Of a DNA stretch of 64,000 bases, positions 19,088-28,138 are shown one piece after another. The DNA lies in IMG/VR virus record IMGVR_UViG_3300033182_000980, positions 1 through 64,000 of that record, one strand, 5' to 3'. A program made the translations under genes and the position numbers. The first letter of the stretch is position 1. Every line of letters starts with the position of its first letter. Below the pieces are notes generated by a model. That model was given only the letters and a program-made list of their open reading frames with translations, ran no database searches and was not told the DNA's origin.

Positions 19088-19282
19088 TTACACTTCCCAC
19101 CAATCGTACATTGTAAAGCCGAACTCTTCGCTGATCCAGTCCGAGATGCCATCTTCATCCTCATAGGCTATGTCTATAGGTACGAGAACAATATGTGGTA
19201 GTCCAGCTTGTTCCACAGCGTCATCATAGTCGAGCGTTTCAAGCTCAGTTTGAGAGAAGTCCCACTGAACACGAACTTTCAT
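19088..19282 (-). CDS. Small acidic hypothetical protein
   Basis: 64 aa directly downstream of the GS gene. Confidence 0.6.
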   Translation of the reverse strand: MKVRVQWDFSQTELETLDYDDAVEQAGLPHIVLVPIDIAYEDEDGISDWISEEFGFTMYDWWEV

Positions 19283-19285
19283 GTT

Positions 19286-20305
19286 TTACTCCCAAGAGTC
19301 CGAGATGGTTCTAATCAATGCTTCACACACAAGATAAGGGTCAGCATTAGCGTTGGGTCTACGATCTTCAAAGTAGCCACAACCATTCTTAGCTGTCTCA
19401 ACAGGAATACGAACCGAAGCTGTACGGTCAGACACTCCCGACTTAAACTCATCATAACGACAAGTCTCGTGATGTCCTGTTAATCGGATCTCATATCCAG
19501 AACCATAGCGATCAAGGTGCTCTTGAATCCTATGTGACATCTTCTCAACAGCCTTGTTGATTTCTTCAAGACCACCATCTTGCCTCATTGCTTTGGTGGA
19601 GAAGTTGGTGTGCATACCCGCACCATTCCAATCACCGGTGACTGGCTTAGGATCAAGGGTGGCCGAGATGTCGAAATCTTCACCTACACGATATAGAAGC
19701 CACCGAGCAATCCATAGATAGTCGCTTGCAGACAGAGCATCTTGCATAGGACCGCCAAGTTGAAACTCCCATTGACCAGGCATTACCTCTGCGTTGATGC
19801 CTGTGATTGGTAGCTCTGCTTTCAAACAAACATCAAGATGCTTCTCGACTAGATTTCTACCCGACACTTCATCAGCCCCAACGCCACAATAATAAGGTCC
19901 TTGTTCAGCAGGAAACCTACGCTCACTAGGGAAGCCAAGAGGTCTTGATCCCTTATAGAGCGTATACTCTTGCTCAAAGGCAACCCACTCACCTTGATCG
20001 TCAAATGACTTGAGTGCTTCTACGAGCTTGGCTCTTGTATTTGAGGGGTGTTTTTCTCCATCAACAGTCTCGACTTCACATAGAACGAGAATGTTATCTC
20101 CACCTCTAATGGGGTCATCAACAACTCTTACAGGTCGTAGCACACAGTCAGAGGAGCTACCTTCTGCTTGCATGGTAGAAGATCCGTCAAAGCTCCAAAG
20201 GGGTAGTTGTTCTGGTGAAAAAGCAGGAGCTGAAAGGTACTTGGTCTTAGACCTTACTCTTGCTGTTGGGTTTCCACCATCAATCCAAATATATTCTGCG
20301 AGCAT
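19286..20305 (-). CDS. glnII: Glutamine synthetase type II
   Basis: AEYIWIDG, WSFDGSST, QGPYYC, NAEVMPGQWEFQ, DWNGAGMHTNFST, GYFEDRRP; 339 aa. Confidence 0.95.
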   Translation of the reverse strand: MLAEYIWIDGGNPTARVRSKTKYLSAPAFSPEQLPLWSFDGSSTMQAEGSSSDCVLRPVRVVDDPIRGGDNILVLCEVETVDGEKHPSNTRAKLVEALKSFDDQGEWVAFEQEYTLYKGSRPLGFPSERRFPAEQGPYYCGVGADEVSGRNLVEKHLDVCLKAELPITGINAEVMPGQWEFQLGGPMQDALSASDYLWIARWLLYRVGEDFDISATLDPKPVTGDWNGAGMHTNFSTKAMRQDGGLEEINKAVEKMSHRIQEHLDRYGSGYEIRLTGHHETCRYDEFKSGVSDRTASVRIPVETAKNGCGYFEDRRPNANADPYLVCEALIRTISDSWE

Positions 20306-20353
20306 TGAAGCTCTCCTTTCTCAAATAAGAGAGGAAGGATTATAAAGAAACTA

Positions 20354-21058
20354 TCAATCAAACAAGTCGAAGATAGAAATCTGCTCCCCCTTTTGAGGTT
20401 TCGCCTTACCCACTTGAGCTTCTGACTCAATCTCTGTGCCGAGTGGCATCCAATGGCGAATACGAGCCTCGCAAATCTTTGCGTACTCTGGATTAAGCTC
20501 TACCCCCACAAAGTCATGTCTAAGCCGACTCATGGCTATACCTGTAGTTCCCGAACCTAAAAATGGGTCTACAACCTTTGAGTTAGGAGATATATCCCTT
20601 GCACACCATTCCATGATGTCGATTGGTTTAACTGTGGGGTGGATGTTAGCTCGCCCAGCTCCCTCAGCCGACAGACCAGCTTCTCTTTCAGACCGACTCG
20701 CTTTTGATGTGTAGTAAAAGCTATCTGATTTATCTGCTACAAAGATTGCATCTCGAACTTCAAAACCTGTGTCCTCAAGAGCAATAACACCCTTATAACC
20801 AATGTCTTCTGGAATCATTACCACATGAGCACCTGGCTTAAGGATGTCCATGATCTCTTTAGCCTGTTCATCTGTCGGTTCACCTAGTAAGATTAAGCCA
20901 TGCACCATCGGTTCATAAGAAGGGATTAACGCACCCTCCTCATATACCTCTTTCTTGTATGCAGAGAAATCAAGATCATCGAGGGTTGAAACTACGACAC
21001 AAGCGTCATCCACAGGTGGGGTAATCATCGTCTTAAAGTATTCAATCATTTCATCCAT
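20354..21058 (-). CDS. DNA N4/N6-methyltransferase, SAM-binding (C-terminal) subunit
   Basis: FYYTSKASRSERE, HPTVKP, VVDPFLGSGTTG, GVEL; no DPPY motif. Confidence 0.85.
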   Translation of the reverse strand: MDEMIEYFKTMITPPVDDACVVVSTLDDLDFSAYKKEVYEEGALIPSYEPMVHGLILLGEPTDEQAKEIMDILKPGAHVVMIPEDIGYKGVIALEDTGFEVRDAIFVADKSDSFYYTSKASRSEREAGLSAEGAGRANIHPTVKPIDIMEWCARDISPNSKVVDPFLGSGTTGIAMSRLRHDFVGVELNPEYAKICEARIRHWMPLGTEIESEAQVGKAKPQKGEQISIFDLFD

Positions 21059-21133
21059 TTAAAAATCCCATAACTTTGGTTTTGGTTTAGGTTCTTCTCA
21101 CATTCAGAGTCATGTGAGTGTTCAAAGTGTAGC

Positions 21134-21187
21134 TTATATAGATTGTACCTCTGCATATCTGCAATCACCTATTTTGATCTCAATCAT
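21134..21187 (-). pseudogene. 17-codon remnant of a second methyltransferase catalytic gene
   Basis: MIEIKIGDCRYAEVQSI*; first 9 aa identical to the 23555 ORF; same ATGA coupling. Confidence 0.65.
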
Positions 21188-21792
21188 TGGTTATTCTCTT
21201 TCTTAAATTGTTTAAAGAACCTAGAAGCACCACCTTCATCGTTATATCCTTCTTTATATCCTTGTCTTTGAGTAGAAGAACTATGGAAAGAGTTTCCTTG
21301 ATATGGGTTAAAAGTATTATGGTTTTGACTCGACCAACCTTTGACTCGACCACTTTGTTGGTCTAACTCTTTAACAGGACAATCTTCTACACAAGCCCAA
21401 TCTGCCACTGTCTCTTTTCCATCTTCATCTGCATACCCTGCTTTCCCCTTCATATTTACAGGGCTAAAGCTACCTCCTCCCCCATATACATAATTGCTTT
21501 TAGTCTTATTGTCCTGATGAGCAGTACCCGATTTAATCTTCTTTGTACCTTTTAACTCACAACCATCTTTATGAGTGAGGATAAAGTTAGCTGGAAACCT
21601 ACCAATCTCTTGCTCACTTGAGTCTCCATAAATGCCTTTTGTTTTAGAAGCCTCTGACTTGCGACTATGGTTTTTTGTTTTGTCGTGAGAAGAAACTCTA
21701 GTCTCATCTATATTGATAGCTCCGCACCCATGTTTAAGAGTGTTCTCGGCTACAGAACCTTCAAGGGGTTTTCTCAATAGGGTGATAATCAT
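21184..21792 (-). CDS. Methyltransferase variable-region cassette C
   Basis: MIITLLRKPLEGSVAENTLKHGCGAINID...GRFPANF...GGASRFFKQF. Confidence 0.8.
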   Translation of the reverse strand: MIITLLRKPLEGSVAENTLKHGCGAINIDETRVSSHDKTKNHSRKSEASKTKGIYGDSSEQEIGRFPANFILTHKDGCELKGTKKIKSGTAHQDNKTKSNYVYGGGGSFSPVNMKGKAGYADEDGKETVADWACVEDCPVKELDQQSGRVKGWSSQNHNTFNPYQGNSFHSSSTQRQGYKEGYNDEGGASRFFKQFKKENNQ

Positions 21793-23555
21793 TTCTTAAC
21801 CCCAATACATATACTTTCCCATGCTGGTTTAAGAGCAGTACCCCAGCCATCCCAAGTCTTAGCTTCATCCGACACTAAGGCACGAACAGGGATCATAGCG
21901 TTCTTTTGGACAATGCCCACACCCCCTCGTGCAATCCCTCCATGACCTTGTGAGTCCTCAACACTCACACCTGGCTTATGTCCGATGATTTCTCCCTCGA
22001 CCCCTAGTTTCTTTTCAAACTGCTTGGCTAGGTTGTGTGATTTTGGGAATCCGCTATTACCCGTCACAAAAACCTTCCCGTTCCTTCTTGCGACAAAAGC
22101 CCCATAAGGTACTCGCACACACCACATCACACCCTCATAAAACTGAGGTGTTATGGTTGCCAAAGTGGTGCTGGTAGACCATGTGCTTCGTAGAGTTTGT
22201 GATCTCGATTGTTCTTGAACAGCATTAAATTCTCGATCCGATTGTCTGTCGCATCGTGATTGATGTGATGGACACACTCTGTCCGAGTAAGTGGTCTGCT
22301 CAAACGCATAGCAACCTTCAATCTGTGTTCCGCCACATAACCATCTTTCCTCGCCATCTCTTGATACTCCGAGGGGCAACGAACATACTTGATCTTTTGC
22401 TTTGTGTAGTTGCCTTTCCGATTGCGATATGTCACACCACCCTTCCATGCTGGATTGTTTGCCCCCCTCATTGACTCCGAGTATTTCTTTTCTGTCTCCT
22501 CGCTCCAAGCCGACCTCCCCTTGTGTGCATGAGATTTCCACTCTTGACCCCTCACCACCCCGTTGCACTTTTGAGAGCAATAACTGACTTGAACCCTCAA
22601 GGCGTGGCTCGCTGATCTTTTGAAGGTCTTGTTGCAAATAGGGCAAGTCAGAGTTACCTTTTTCTTCTGACACTCTTTCTTGCAATACACCCTTGATCGC
22701 CCCACTTTCCCGTCCGAGACTTGAAACTCCCCCTCGCAACCCCGACACACTTTGGTGATTTTCGGTAGACGCACACACTCGCGACTGCACCGCTCCTGCG
22801 TGGGGCTTTTTGTCTGAAAATCTTGGTCGCAACTCTTGCATACTTTCGTCAGTAGTGGCTTCGCTCTGTGTTTTTGTCTTGGCATACAGATCGACTTTCT
22901 CCTGCCATGAACAGTCGTATCTGTTAGAAAAAGTTTGTTGCAATCCTTGAACTGACATATCTTCCACAAAGGGTATGACTTCTTTTGCTTGCAGGTGTTC
23001 TGCGAGATGAAAAGCTCTTTCTCCCTCTCGTTCAACAATGCAACGGTGGTTTTTAGACACGAGCTGGTCTGTATCATCCGAGTATATTCTGTATGCGGTA
23101 TCCTTGTATTCATATCTCAACATCTCCTGTACTTCTTGGAGATCAAATCGATCTCCCTCTAAGGAGTATGCCACAACCATAGAACCAACATCAAGCTCTT
23201 GATGTTTTGACCACCCTTTATCAGTAAGGATTTCAGTATCCTCACAAAGACACCCATAACTCCAGGCTTCAATCTTGAGATCAGAGAACCCTATTTCCTC
23301 CATCATTGCTATTAAGTGATGAAAGGTTCTTGTACCAGAGAACGCTTTGAGAACCCCATTCGGTTTAAGGACTCTATGAGCTTCAGTTAGCCATCCTCGA
23401 TGCCACTCCCTTTGTTGTGACCCATCTCCGATGTCATCCCAACCTTTAGACATAAACTTGAGTCCATAAGGGGGATCACAGATAATAGCATCAACGGAGT
23501 TATCCTCTAGGTCTTTGAGTCTTTGGGTGCAGTCACCTATCTTGATTTCTATCAT
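21789..23555 (-). CDS. DNA N4/N6-methyltransferase catalytic (N-terminal) subunit with intein
   Basis: IGDC, DPPYG, RVLKPNG, WSYG|SGFPKS, GWGTALKPAWE; 189 aa after splicing. Confidence 0.88.
   Translation of the reverse strand: MIEIKIGDCTQRLKDLEDNSVDAIICDPPYGLKFMSKGWDDIGDGSQQREWHRGWLTEAHRVLKPNGVLKAFSGTRTFHHLIAMMEEIGFSDLKIEAWSYGCLCEDTEILTDKGWSKHQELDVGSMVVAYSLEGDRFDLQEVQEMLRYEYKDTAYRIYSDDTDQLVSKNHRCIVEREGERAFHLAEHLQAKEVIPFVEDMSVQGLQQTFSNRYDCSWQEKVDLYAKTKTQSEATTDESMQELRPRFSDKKPHAGAVQSRVCASTENHQSVSGLRGGVSSLGRESGAIKGVLQERVSEEKGNSDLPYLQQDLQKISEPRLEGSSQLLLSKVQRGGEGSRVEISCTQGEVGLERGDRKEILGVNEGGKQSSMEGWCDISQSERQLHKAKDQVCSLPLGVSRDGEERWLCGGTQIEGCYAFEQTTYSDRVCPSHQSRCDRQSDREFNAVQEQSRSQTLRSTWSTSTTLATITPQFYEGVMWCVRVPYGAFVARRNGKVFVTGNSGFPKSHNLAKQFEKKLGVEGEIIGHKPGVSVEDSQGHGGIARGGVGIVQKNAMIPVRALVSDEAKTWDGWGTALKPAWESICIGVKK
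22056..23252 (-). mobile_element. Intein (399 aa) in the methyltransferase
   Basis: CLCEDTEILT start, block B VSKNHR, ends VMWCVRVP.GAFVARRNGKVFVTGN|S. Confidence 0.88.
22151..23113 (-). CDS. Zn-finger/HNH homing endonuclease nested in the +1 frame of the intein (start uncertain)
   Basis: Repeated CxxC...CxxxC units, NNPAWKGG, YVAEHRL...VHHINHDATDNRIENL. Confidence 0.85.
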   Translation of the reverse strand: MNTRIPHTEYTRMIQTSSCLKTTVALLNEREKELFISQNTCKQKKSYPLWKICQFKDCNKLFLTDTTVHGRRKSICMPRQKHRAKPLLTKVCKSCDQDFQTKSPTQERCSRECVRLPKITKVCRGCEGEFQVSDGKVGRSRVYCKKECQKKKVTLTCPICNKTFKRSASHALRVQVSYCSQKCNGVVRGQEWKSHAHKGRSAWSEETEKKYSESMRGANNPAWKGGVTYRNRKGNYTKQKIKYVRCPSEYQEMARKDGYVAEHRLKVAMRLSRPLTRTECVHHINHDATDNRIENLMLFKNNRDHKLYEAHGLPAPLWQP

Positions 23556-24205
23556 TGGTCATTCCCTGTCTTAAATTGTTTAAAGAACCGAGAAGCACCA
23601 CCTGTATCTCCGAAGCCTGGTTCTCCTTTTTCATGTCCTGTACCCCACCCTGTTCTGCCTTGATTAGAATAGACACCTTGAGCGTTCCCAATACGACCTC
23701 CTGTCGATTTACTTACCCCACTTTGTTGATCTAACTCAACAACAGGGCAACCCTCCACACAAGCCCAATCCATCACCTCCTCTTTCCCATCTTTATCTGC
23801 ATGACCCATCCACGCTTCATTGTCTTTGACAGTTTTCACATCTGTAAGGCTACGATCCTTTTGGTGTTCTTCTTGGTATTTCTTAGACCAAATACCACCT
23901 GGACCATTCGGATAACCTTTATGTCCTTTAACTTTCTTAGTCCCTTTTAATTCACAACCTTCTTTATGGATAAGGATAAAGTTAGCTGGCCATCTCCCTG
24001 TAGTGATCTTGCCCTCGAAGTCCTCTTTAAGACCCGATTGAAAGACTGTACTTTTATGTTTATCGGGAGAACGACCATTTTTAGATGTGTCTTGAATGAT
24101 GTTTCCAATGCGAATTTCATCAATGTTAATCGCACCACAACCATATTTAAGGGTATTGTCAGCAACAGAACCCTCGGTGGGCTTTCTTAATAATGTTATA
24201 ATCAT
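23552..24205 (-). CDS. Methyltransferase variable-region cassette B
   Basis: MIITLLRKPTEGSVADNTLKYGCGAINID...GRWPANF...GGASRFFKQF. Confidence 0.8.
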   Translation of the reverse strand: MIITLLRKPTEGSVADNTLKYGCGAINIDEIRIGNIIQDTSKNGRSPDKHKSTVFQSGLKEDFEGKITTGRWPANFILIHKEGCELKGTKKVKGHKGYPNGPGGIWSKKYQEEHQKDRSLTDVKTVKDNEAWMGHADKDGKEEVMDWACVEGCPVVELDQQSGVSKSTGGRIGNAQGVYSNQGRTGWGTGHEKGEPGFGDTGGASRFFKQFKTGNDQ

Positions 24206-24519
24206 TGGTCATCCTTTGTATCAAATTGTTTGAAGAAATTTGACCCATCACACTTTATATTATTTGTTAAGATGAAGTTAGCTGGCCACCTACCTTTTTC
24301 TTTATACATCTGTATGTCAGATCCAACTTGAGCTACATGACCCGACCAACCTTTTTCTCTAGGGTCTGCTTTCTGTATTTGTCTCGCTTCAAAGTTGATG
24401 CTTTCGTCATCACCAAAAGAAACTCTTAAAGCATCAATATTGATAGCCCCACAACCATGTTTAAGGGTGTTCTCAGCCACACTTCCCTCTAGGGGTTTTC
24501 TCAGTAATGTAATGATCAT
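24202..24519 (-). CDS. Methyltransferase variable-region cassette A (short)
   Basis: MIITLLRKPLEGSVAENTLKHGCGAINID...GRWPANF...FFKQF. Confidence 0.75.
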   Translation of the reverse strand: MIITLLRKPLEGSVAENTLKHGCGAINIDALRVSFGDDESINFEARQIQKADPREKGWSGHVAQVGSDIQMYKEKGRWPANFILTNNIKCDGSNFFKQFDTKDDQ

Positions 24520-25895
24520 CTCTTGCTCCGAATCACATGACCCACAGAACCAATCGTGGTAGCTATGGATATGGATTTGTCTAACAACTCAATCATCCTA
24601 CCGACAGGGAATGGTTCGTATAACTCTTTTATGCCCCAAACGCTTGAGTCATTCTCGGCAGTACCAAGATTATGGCAGACCACTTTGAATGGTGCTTTCA
24701 ACGCTCTGTCCAGATACTCATTGCCTGTCTCGATGTTGTAGAGCGTAGGGATAGCACCTTTGACATAGCCATTCACCTTTGCGTCCATCATAGAAATCAA
24801 CGCTTTCTCGGCAAGTACCCTTCTCCACCTTGCTTCGGCTTCGGTTGCCCCACCTACTCGTAAACGAACTAGAGTGCCATTGAGGGCATTAGCTCTTTTG
24901 CGTAGTAGGTCTTGTGTATGAGGGTGAGGACAAGTCTCTGCTTCTCTAAGAAGTTCATCTACTCGGTCTGCTGTCTTATCTACATGGTCATCATAAGGGT
25001 CTACAATCATCTCACCATAGTTGAGGACTGTGTTAATCGCAGAACCGTAGAACTCTGGTACAAACTTTTCGTATTTCTGATCGACCACAGTTGCCCCTGT
25101 AAACGAAGCAAAGTCATCTAGCCACCCTTTACCCCAAATCACTCTAGGGGCATCACAAGCGTACACTTCAAGCGTTCCCTTATGATTGTTCATTTTGATT
25201 GCTTGTAGGGCTTTACCCCCAACCATTGGAGCGATAATAACTAATGGCCTACCTTCAAACGATCCCATATACTCCATAGCGTTGAGTATATGATCTACTT
25301 CAAATACTGGACGACTAAACAGAGCGAACATTGGACCTTTGAGGTATGCTTCTTTGTCATGGTGTACTTTTAAAGAAGCGTGGAAGGACTCGGTTTCGAC
25401 TACCTCACACCCATTGCCTTCCCATTTTTCAAGAGAGACATGAGAAGATAAAGATCCAGCGAGATAGATTGCTTCGGAGATTTTATCAATGGACTCCTCA
25501 TCAAGCTCACTTTGCAGTCCGATTTCTTTTAGGATGTCTTGGTTAGACTCAAATCGAGGCACAGCATCTACGGCTATATTTACAGCTCGCTTCACCTGCT
25601 CTGTAATAAGAGGGTGTACCTCACCATAATGTCGGTGAAAGGATCTCAAGAGAGATATGGCTATGAACGCACCCCACTTACAACCGTCACCAGATTTACA
25701 GAGTTCTAATAAGGAGGTCTGTATAATTCTAGCGTAGGGTTCTGGTCGGTACGCATTGATGATGGACTTAGCCGAGAGGTTATTCCAAATCTTGTTGTTG
25801 CGAGAGAGTAGGACTGTTCCTCCATTACTCGCATGGCTCAAAACTAAAAGTGATGATAGTTCATTTATTGTAGGTATAAATAAAGATAACGACAT
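24516..25895 (-). CDS. Divergent GroEL-like chaperonin
   Basis: GDG motif, RPLVIIA, AP..G...LDD.A..TGA, L.KR...L.G....RVGGATEAE. Confidence 0.75.
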   Translation of the reverse strand: MSLSLFIPTINELSSLLVLSHASNGGTVLLSRNNKIWNNLSAKSIINAYRPEPYARIIQTSLLELCKSGDGCKWGAFIAISLLRSFHRHYGEVHPLITEQVKRAVNIAVDAVPRFESNQDILKEIGLQSELDEESIDKISEAIYLAGSLSSHVSLEKWEGNGCEVVETESFHASLKVHHDKEAYLKGPMFALFSRPVFEVDHILNAMEYMGSFEGRPLVIIAPMVGGKALQAIKMNNHKGTLEVYACDAPRVIWGKGWLDDFASFTGATVVDQKYEKFVPEFYGSAINTVLNYGEMIVDPYDDHVDKTADRVDELLREAETCPHPHTQDLLRKRANALNGTLVRLRVGGATEAEARWRRVLAEKALISMMDAKVNGYVKGAIPTLYNIETGNEYLDRALKAPFKVVCHNLGTAENDSSVWGIKELYEPFPVGRMIELLDKSISIATTIGSVGHVIRSKR

Positions 25896-25924
25896 GAATG
25901 ATACTCACATAGAAAGGTGAAACG

Positions 25925-26872
25925 ATGTCCTCTATAGTTATACAGACAAGAGCTAACGCTTGCTCATATAATAAAAAGGCAAGTGTCTCTGTTGGGTGGG
26001 GTGGTCAAATCCCCCAATCAGCGATTGAAGCCTATCCTAACCTCGCCAAAGCAGTAGACTCAACAGACTTTGCTCTTGCTGTCGAAGCGTTCCAAGAGGA
26101 TACCTTTGGTGCAGGATCTGGAGTTGATGGAAAGATGGGTCGTGGCACATGGTCAGCGATGTTGAAGAAGTTTGATCGCATTGAGGACGGTCAAGCATAT
26201 TGGACAGTCAATGATCGTAGGGTGGGTGTTGACATTGACCCCAATGTAGAAATCGTCAACTTTGACCAACCAGGTGGTCTTGATCTTCACAGATTTGGCC
26301 ACTTCTCATCTCGTAAAGGTAAGAAGCCGACCATCATTGTTGTGCATTGGGGGGGTCTTGACCCTCACCATTGTCATCGTATCTTCTCAAGTCCTGACCG
26401 ACAAGTCAGCTCTCACGCTGGTATTGGGCTAAGTCCAGAGGGTAATCCTACGATCTATCAGTACCTAGATTTGAACCACAAGTCATGGCATGGTGGTTGG
26501 GCGAACTCGTACTCTGTCGGGATTGACATCTGTCAGCAACCTTCACTCAAGTGGAAGAACCACTATGTGAAGAAGGGTTATGATGTTTACGAGACTACCA
26601 ATGATACAGGTCGTGGAGATAAGAGTATTATCTCCTTAGACCCTAATGTTGCTCTTGCAGTTCGTGAAGCAGTTAAGAGTCTCTGTACAGCACTAGACAT
26701 TCCTTATCAGTTCCCCTGTGGCTCGGACGGTCAATCTTATGACGGAGATTTCTATCATGGGGTTGTCGATAAGAGTTATCTAACAGGTAGCTTCACAGGG
26801 GTTATCGGACACCACCACATCACAGCTAAAAAGTGGGATTGTGCTTGTTGGTGGGATACTCTTTTCGGGTAA
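25925..26872 (+). CDS. Endolysin: PG-binding domain plus N-acetylmuramoyl-L-alanine amidase
   Basis: AV.AFQ...VDGKMG..TW; IVVHW, SSH, WHGG..N..SVGI, IGHH; motif B at 25854-25868. Confidence 0.82.
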   Translation: MSSIVIQTRANACSYNKKASVSVGWGGQIPQSAIEAYPNLAKAVDSTDFALAVEAFQEDTFGAGSGVDGKMGRGTWSAMLKKFDRIEDGQAYWTVNDRRVGVDIDPNVEIVNFDQPGGLDLHRFGHFSSRKGKKPTIIVVHWGGLDPHHCHRIFSSPDRQVSSHAGIGLSPEGNPTIYQYLDLNHKSWHGGWANSYSVGIDICQQPSLKWKNHYVKKGYDVYETTNDTGRGDKSIISLDPNVALAVREAVKSLCTALDIPYQFPCGSDGQSYDGDFYHGVVDKSYLTGSFTGVIGHHHITAKKWDCACWWDTLFG

Positions 26873-26875
26873 AAA

Positions 26876-27175
26876 ATGATCTTGCACTTGGTGTCTGATC
26901 TCAACCGAGCCTTAGAAATCAAAGCTCGGTTAGGTTGTCCTCATATCCACTTTATCATCGAAGAGGATTGTGGGGCATTTACTACAAGCCTCGTCTGGAT
27001 GGAAGTGCTTACGAGAGCAAGTGGTCTATGTCGTAAAGAGGGTACTTGTGTTGTTTCACACAGCGACCTCTCAAGACACAAAGATACACTTAGTAATGAG
27101 GACATCGAGTTTTTACAAAAGATGCAAGCACAGCTAAATGAGAAGATGGTCGGCATTGAGGTTGTAAAGACATGA
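26876..27175 (+). CDS. Hypothetical protein
   Basis: 99 aa between the endolysin and the HTH gene. Confidence 0.5.
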   Translation: MILHLVSDLNRALEIKARLGCPHIHFIIEEDCGAFTTSLVWMEVLTRASGLCRKEGTCVVSHSDLSRHKDTLSNEDIEFLQKMQAQLNEKMVGIEVVKT

Positions 27176-27603
27176 AGTCATGGGCTTATGAAGCGTATCA
27201 GATGTACATACAGGGCATAAGCTACCCTCTACTTGAAGAACACTTTGGAGTTAAACAAAGTACGATCCGACACTACATCAAGAGATACGCTTATGAAAAC
27301 AACCTAGTCTACCCTCGACTCAAGCCAGATTATAAGTTGGCTTTTAATCTATACTACAACACGATGAGTGTCGGAGACATAGCTCGATACTTAGGAGTCT
27401 GTCGGTCAACCGTCAAAAACTACATTCGTAGGTATTCCGAAATGAATGGCATCCCTATGAACCAATCTTATAATAAGGGGCAAGTAGCGTACAATCTTCG
27501 ACAGCAAGGCTATACCTACGACAAGATTTCTAAAATGCTCGGATATGAGAACAGATCTAACTGTTATCGAGCAATCAAAAACTACAAGGACAAGTTATGT
27601 TAG
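27172..27603 (+). CDS. Triple helix-turn-helix DNA-binding protein
   Basis: Three tandem HTH units (e.g. SVGDIARYLGVCRSTVKNYI). Confidence 0.7.
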   Translation: MKSWAYEAYQMYIQGISYPLLEEHFGVKQSTIRHYIKRYAYENNLVYPRLKPDYKLAFNLYYNTMSVGDIARYLGVCRSTVKNYIRRYSEMNGIPMNQSYNKGQVAYNLRQQGYTYDKISKMLGYENRSNCYRAIKNYKDKLC

Positions 27604-27706
27604 CCGTATTAATTTTTGGTGTCTTTTGTTTAACTGCACATCGACTTATCACCACTAAGATAACTCCAGAAGAGATGAGTGATATGTTAAATAGCGATGA
27701 ATGGTA

Positions 27707-28138
27707 TTAAGCGACCTTAGTGCATTTTGAGTGAGCGACTTTCCAATACCTGTTCGGTACTGAAACACCCACTTCTGATAAAAGGTAAAAGCTGTTCCAA
27801 AAGTTTCGGGTGATGAAGCCTTGTACTTTAAGGGTAGCCCCTTTTAACTCGACCTCAAACTCGACTCTTTGACCATTTTCCCATCTAGGAGTATGGCTCT
27901 GAAGTTCATCGCCCTCGACTGTGAACCGACCCTCGGCATTCTGTGTTTCGGGCTGATCAATGTCGTTAGTATATAACGCAAAGACATCTTCGTCATCAAG
28001 ACGAAATCCGTCTTTAATGTTTCCGTCCTCGTCTACAACTTGAAAAGTTTCATTGTGGACGAGGACATCAATGATTGTCATTTTTTTTAGGGTTGTTTTG
28101 CCAACCAAAAATTGGTGGCCTACTCGGTATTCACTCAT
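27707..28138 (-). CDS. Hypothetical early protein
   Basis: 143 aa; motif A at 28179-28196. Confidence 0.6.
   Translation of the reverse strand: MSEYRVGHQFLVGKTTLKKMTIIDVLVHNETFQVVDEDGNIKDGFRLDDEDVFALYTNDIDQPETQNAEGRFTVEGDELQSHTPRWENGQRVEFEVELKGATLKVQGFITRNFWNSFYLLSEVGVSVPNRYWKVAHSKCTKVA

Noticed and set aside
21184-24519. Diversity-generating retroelement or invertase shufflon behind the MTase cassettes
   Set aside because: No reverse transcriptase or recombinase nearby; the cassettes are co-oriented and differ by indels, not adenine-specific changes.
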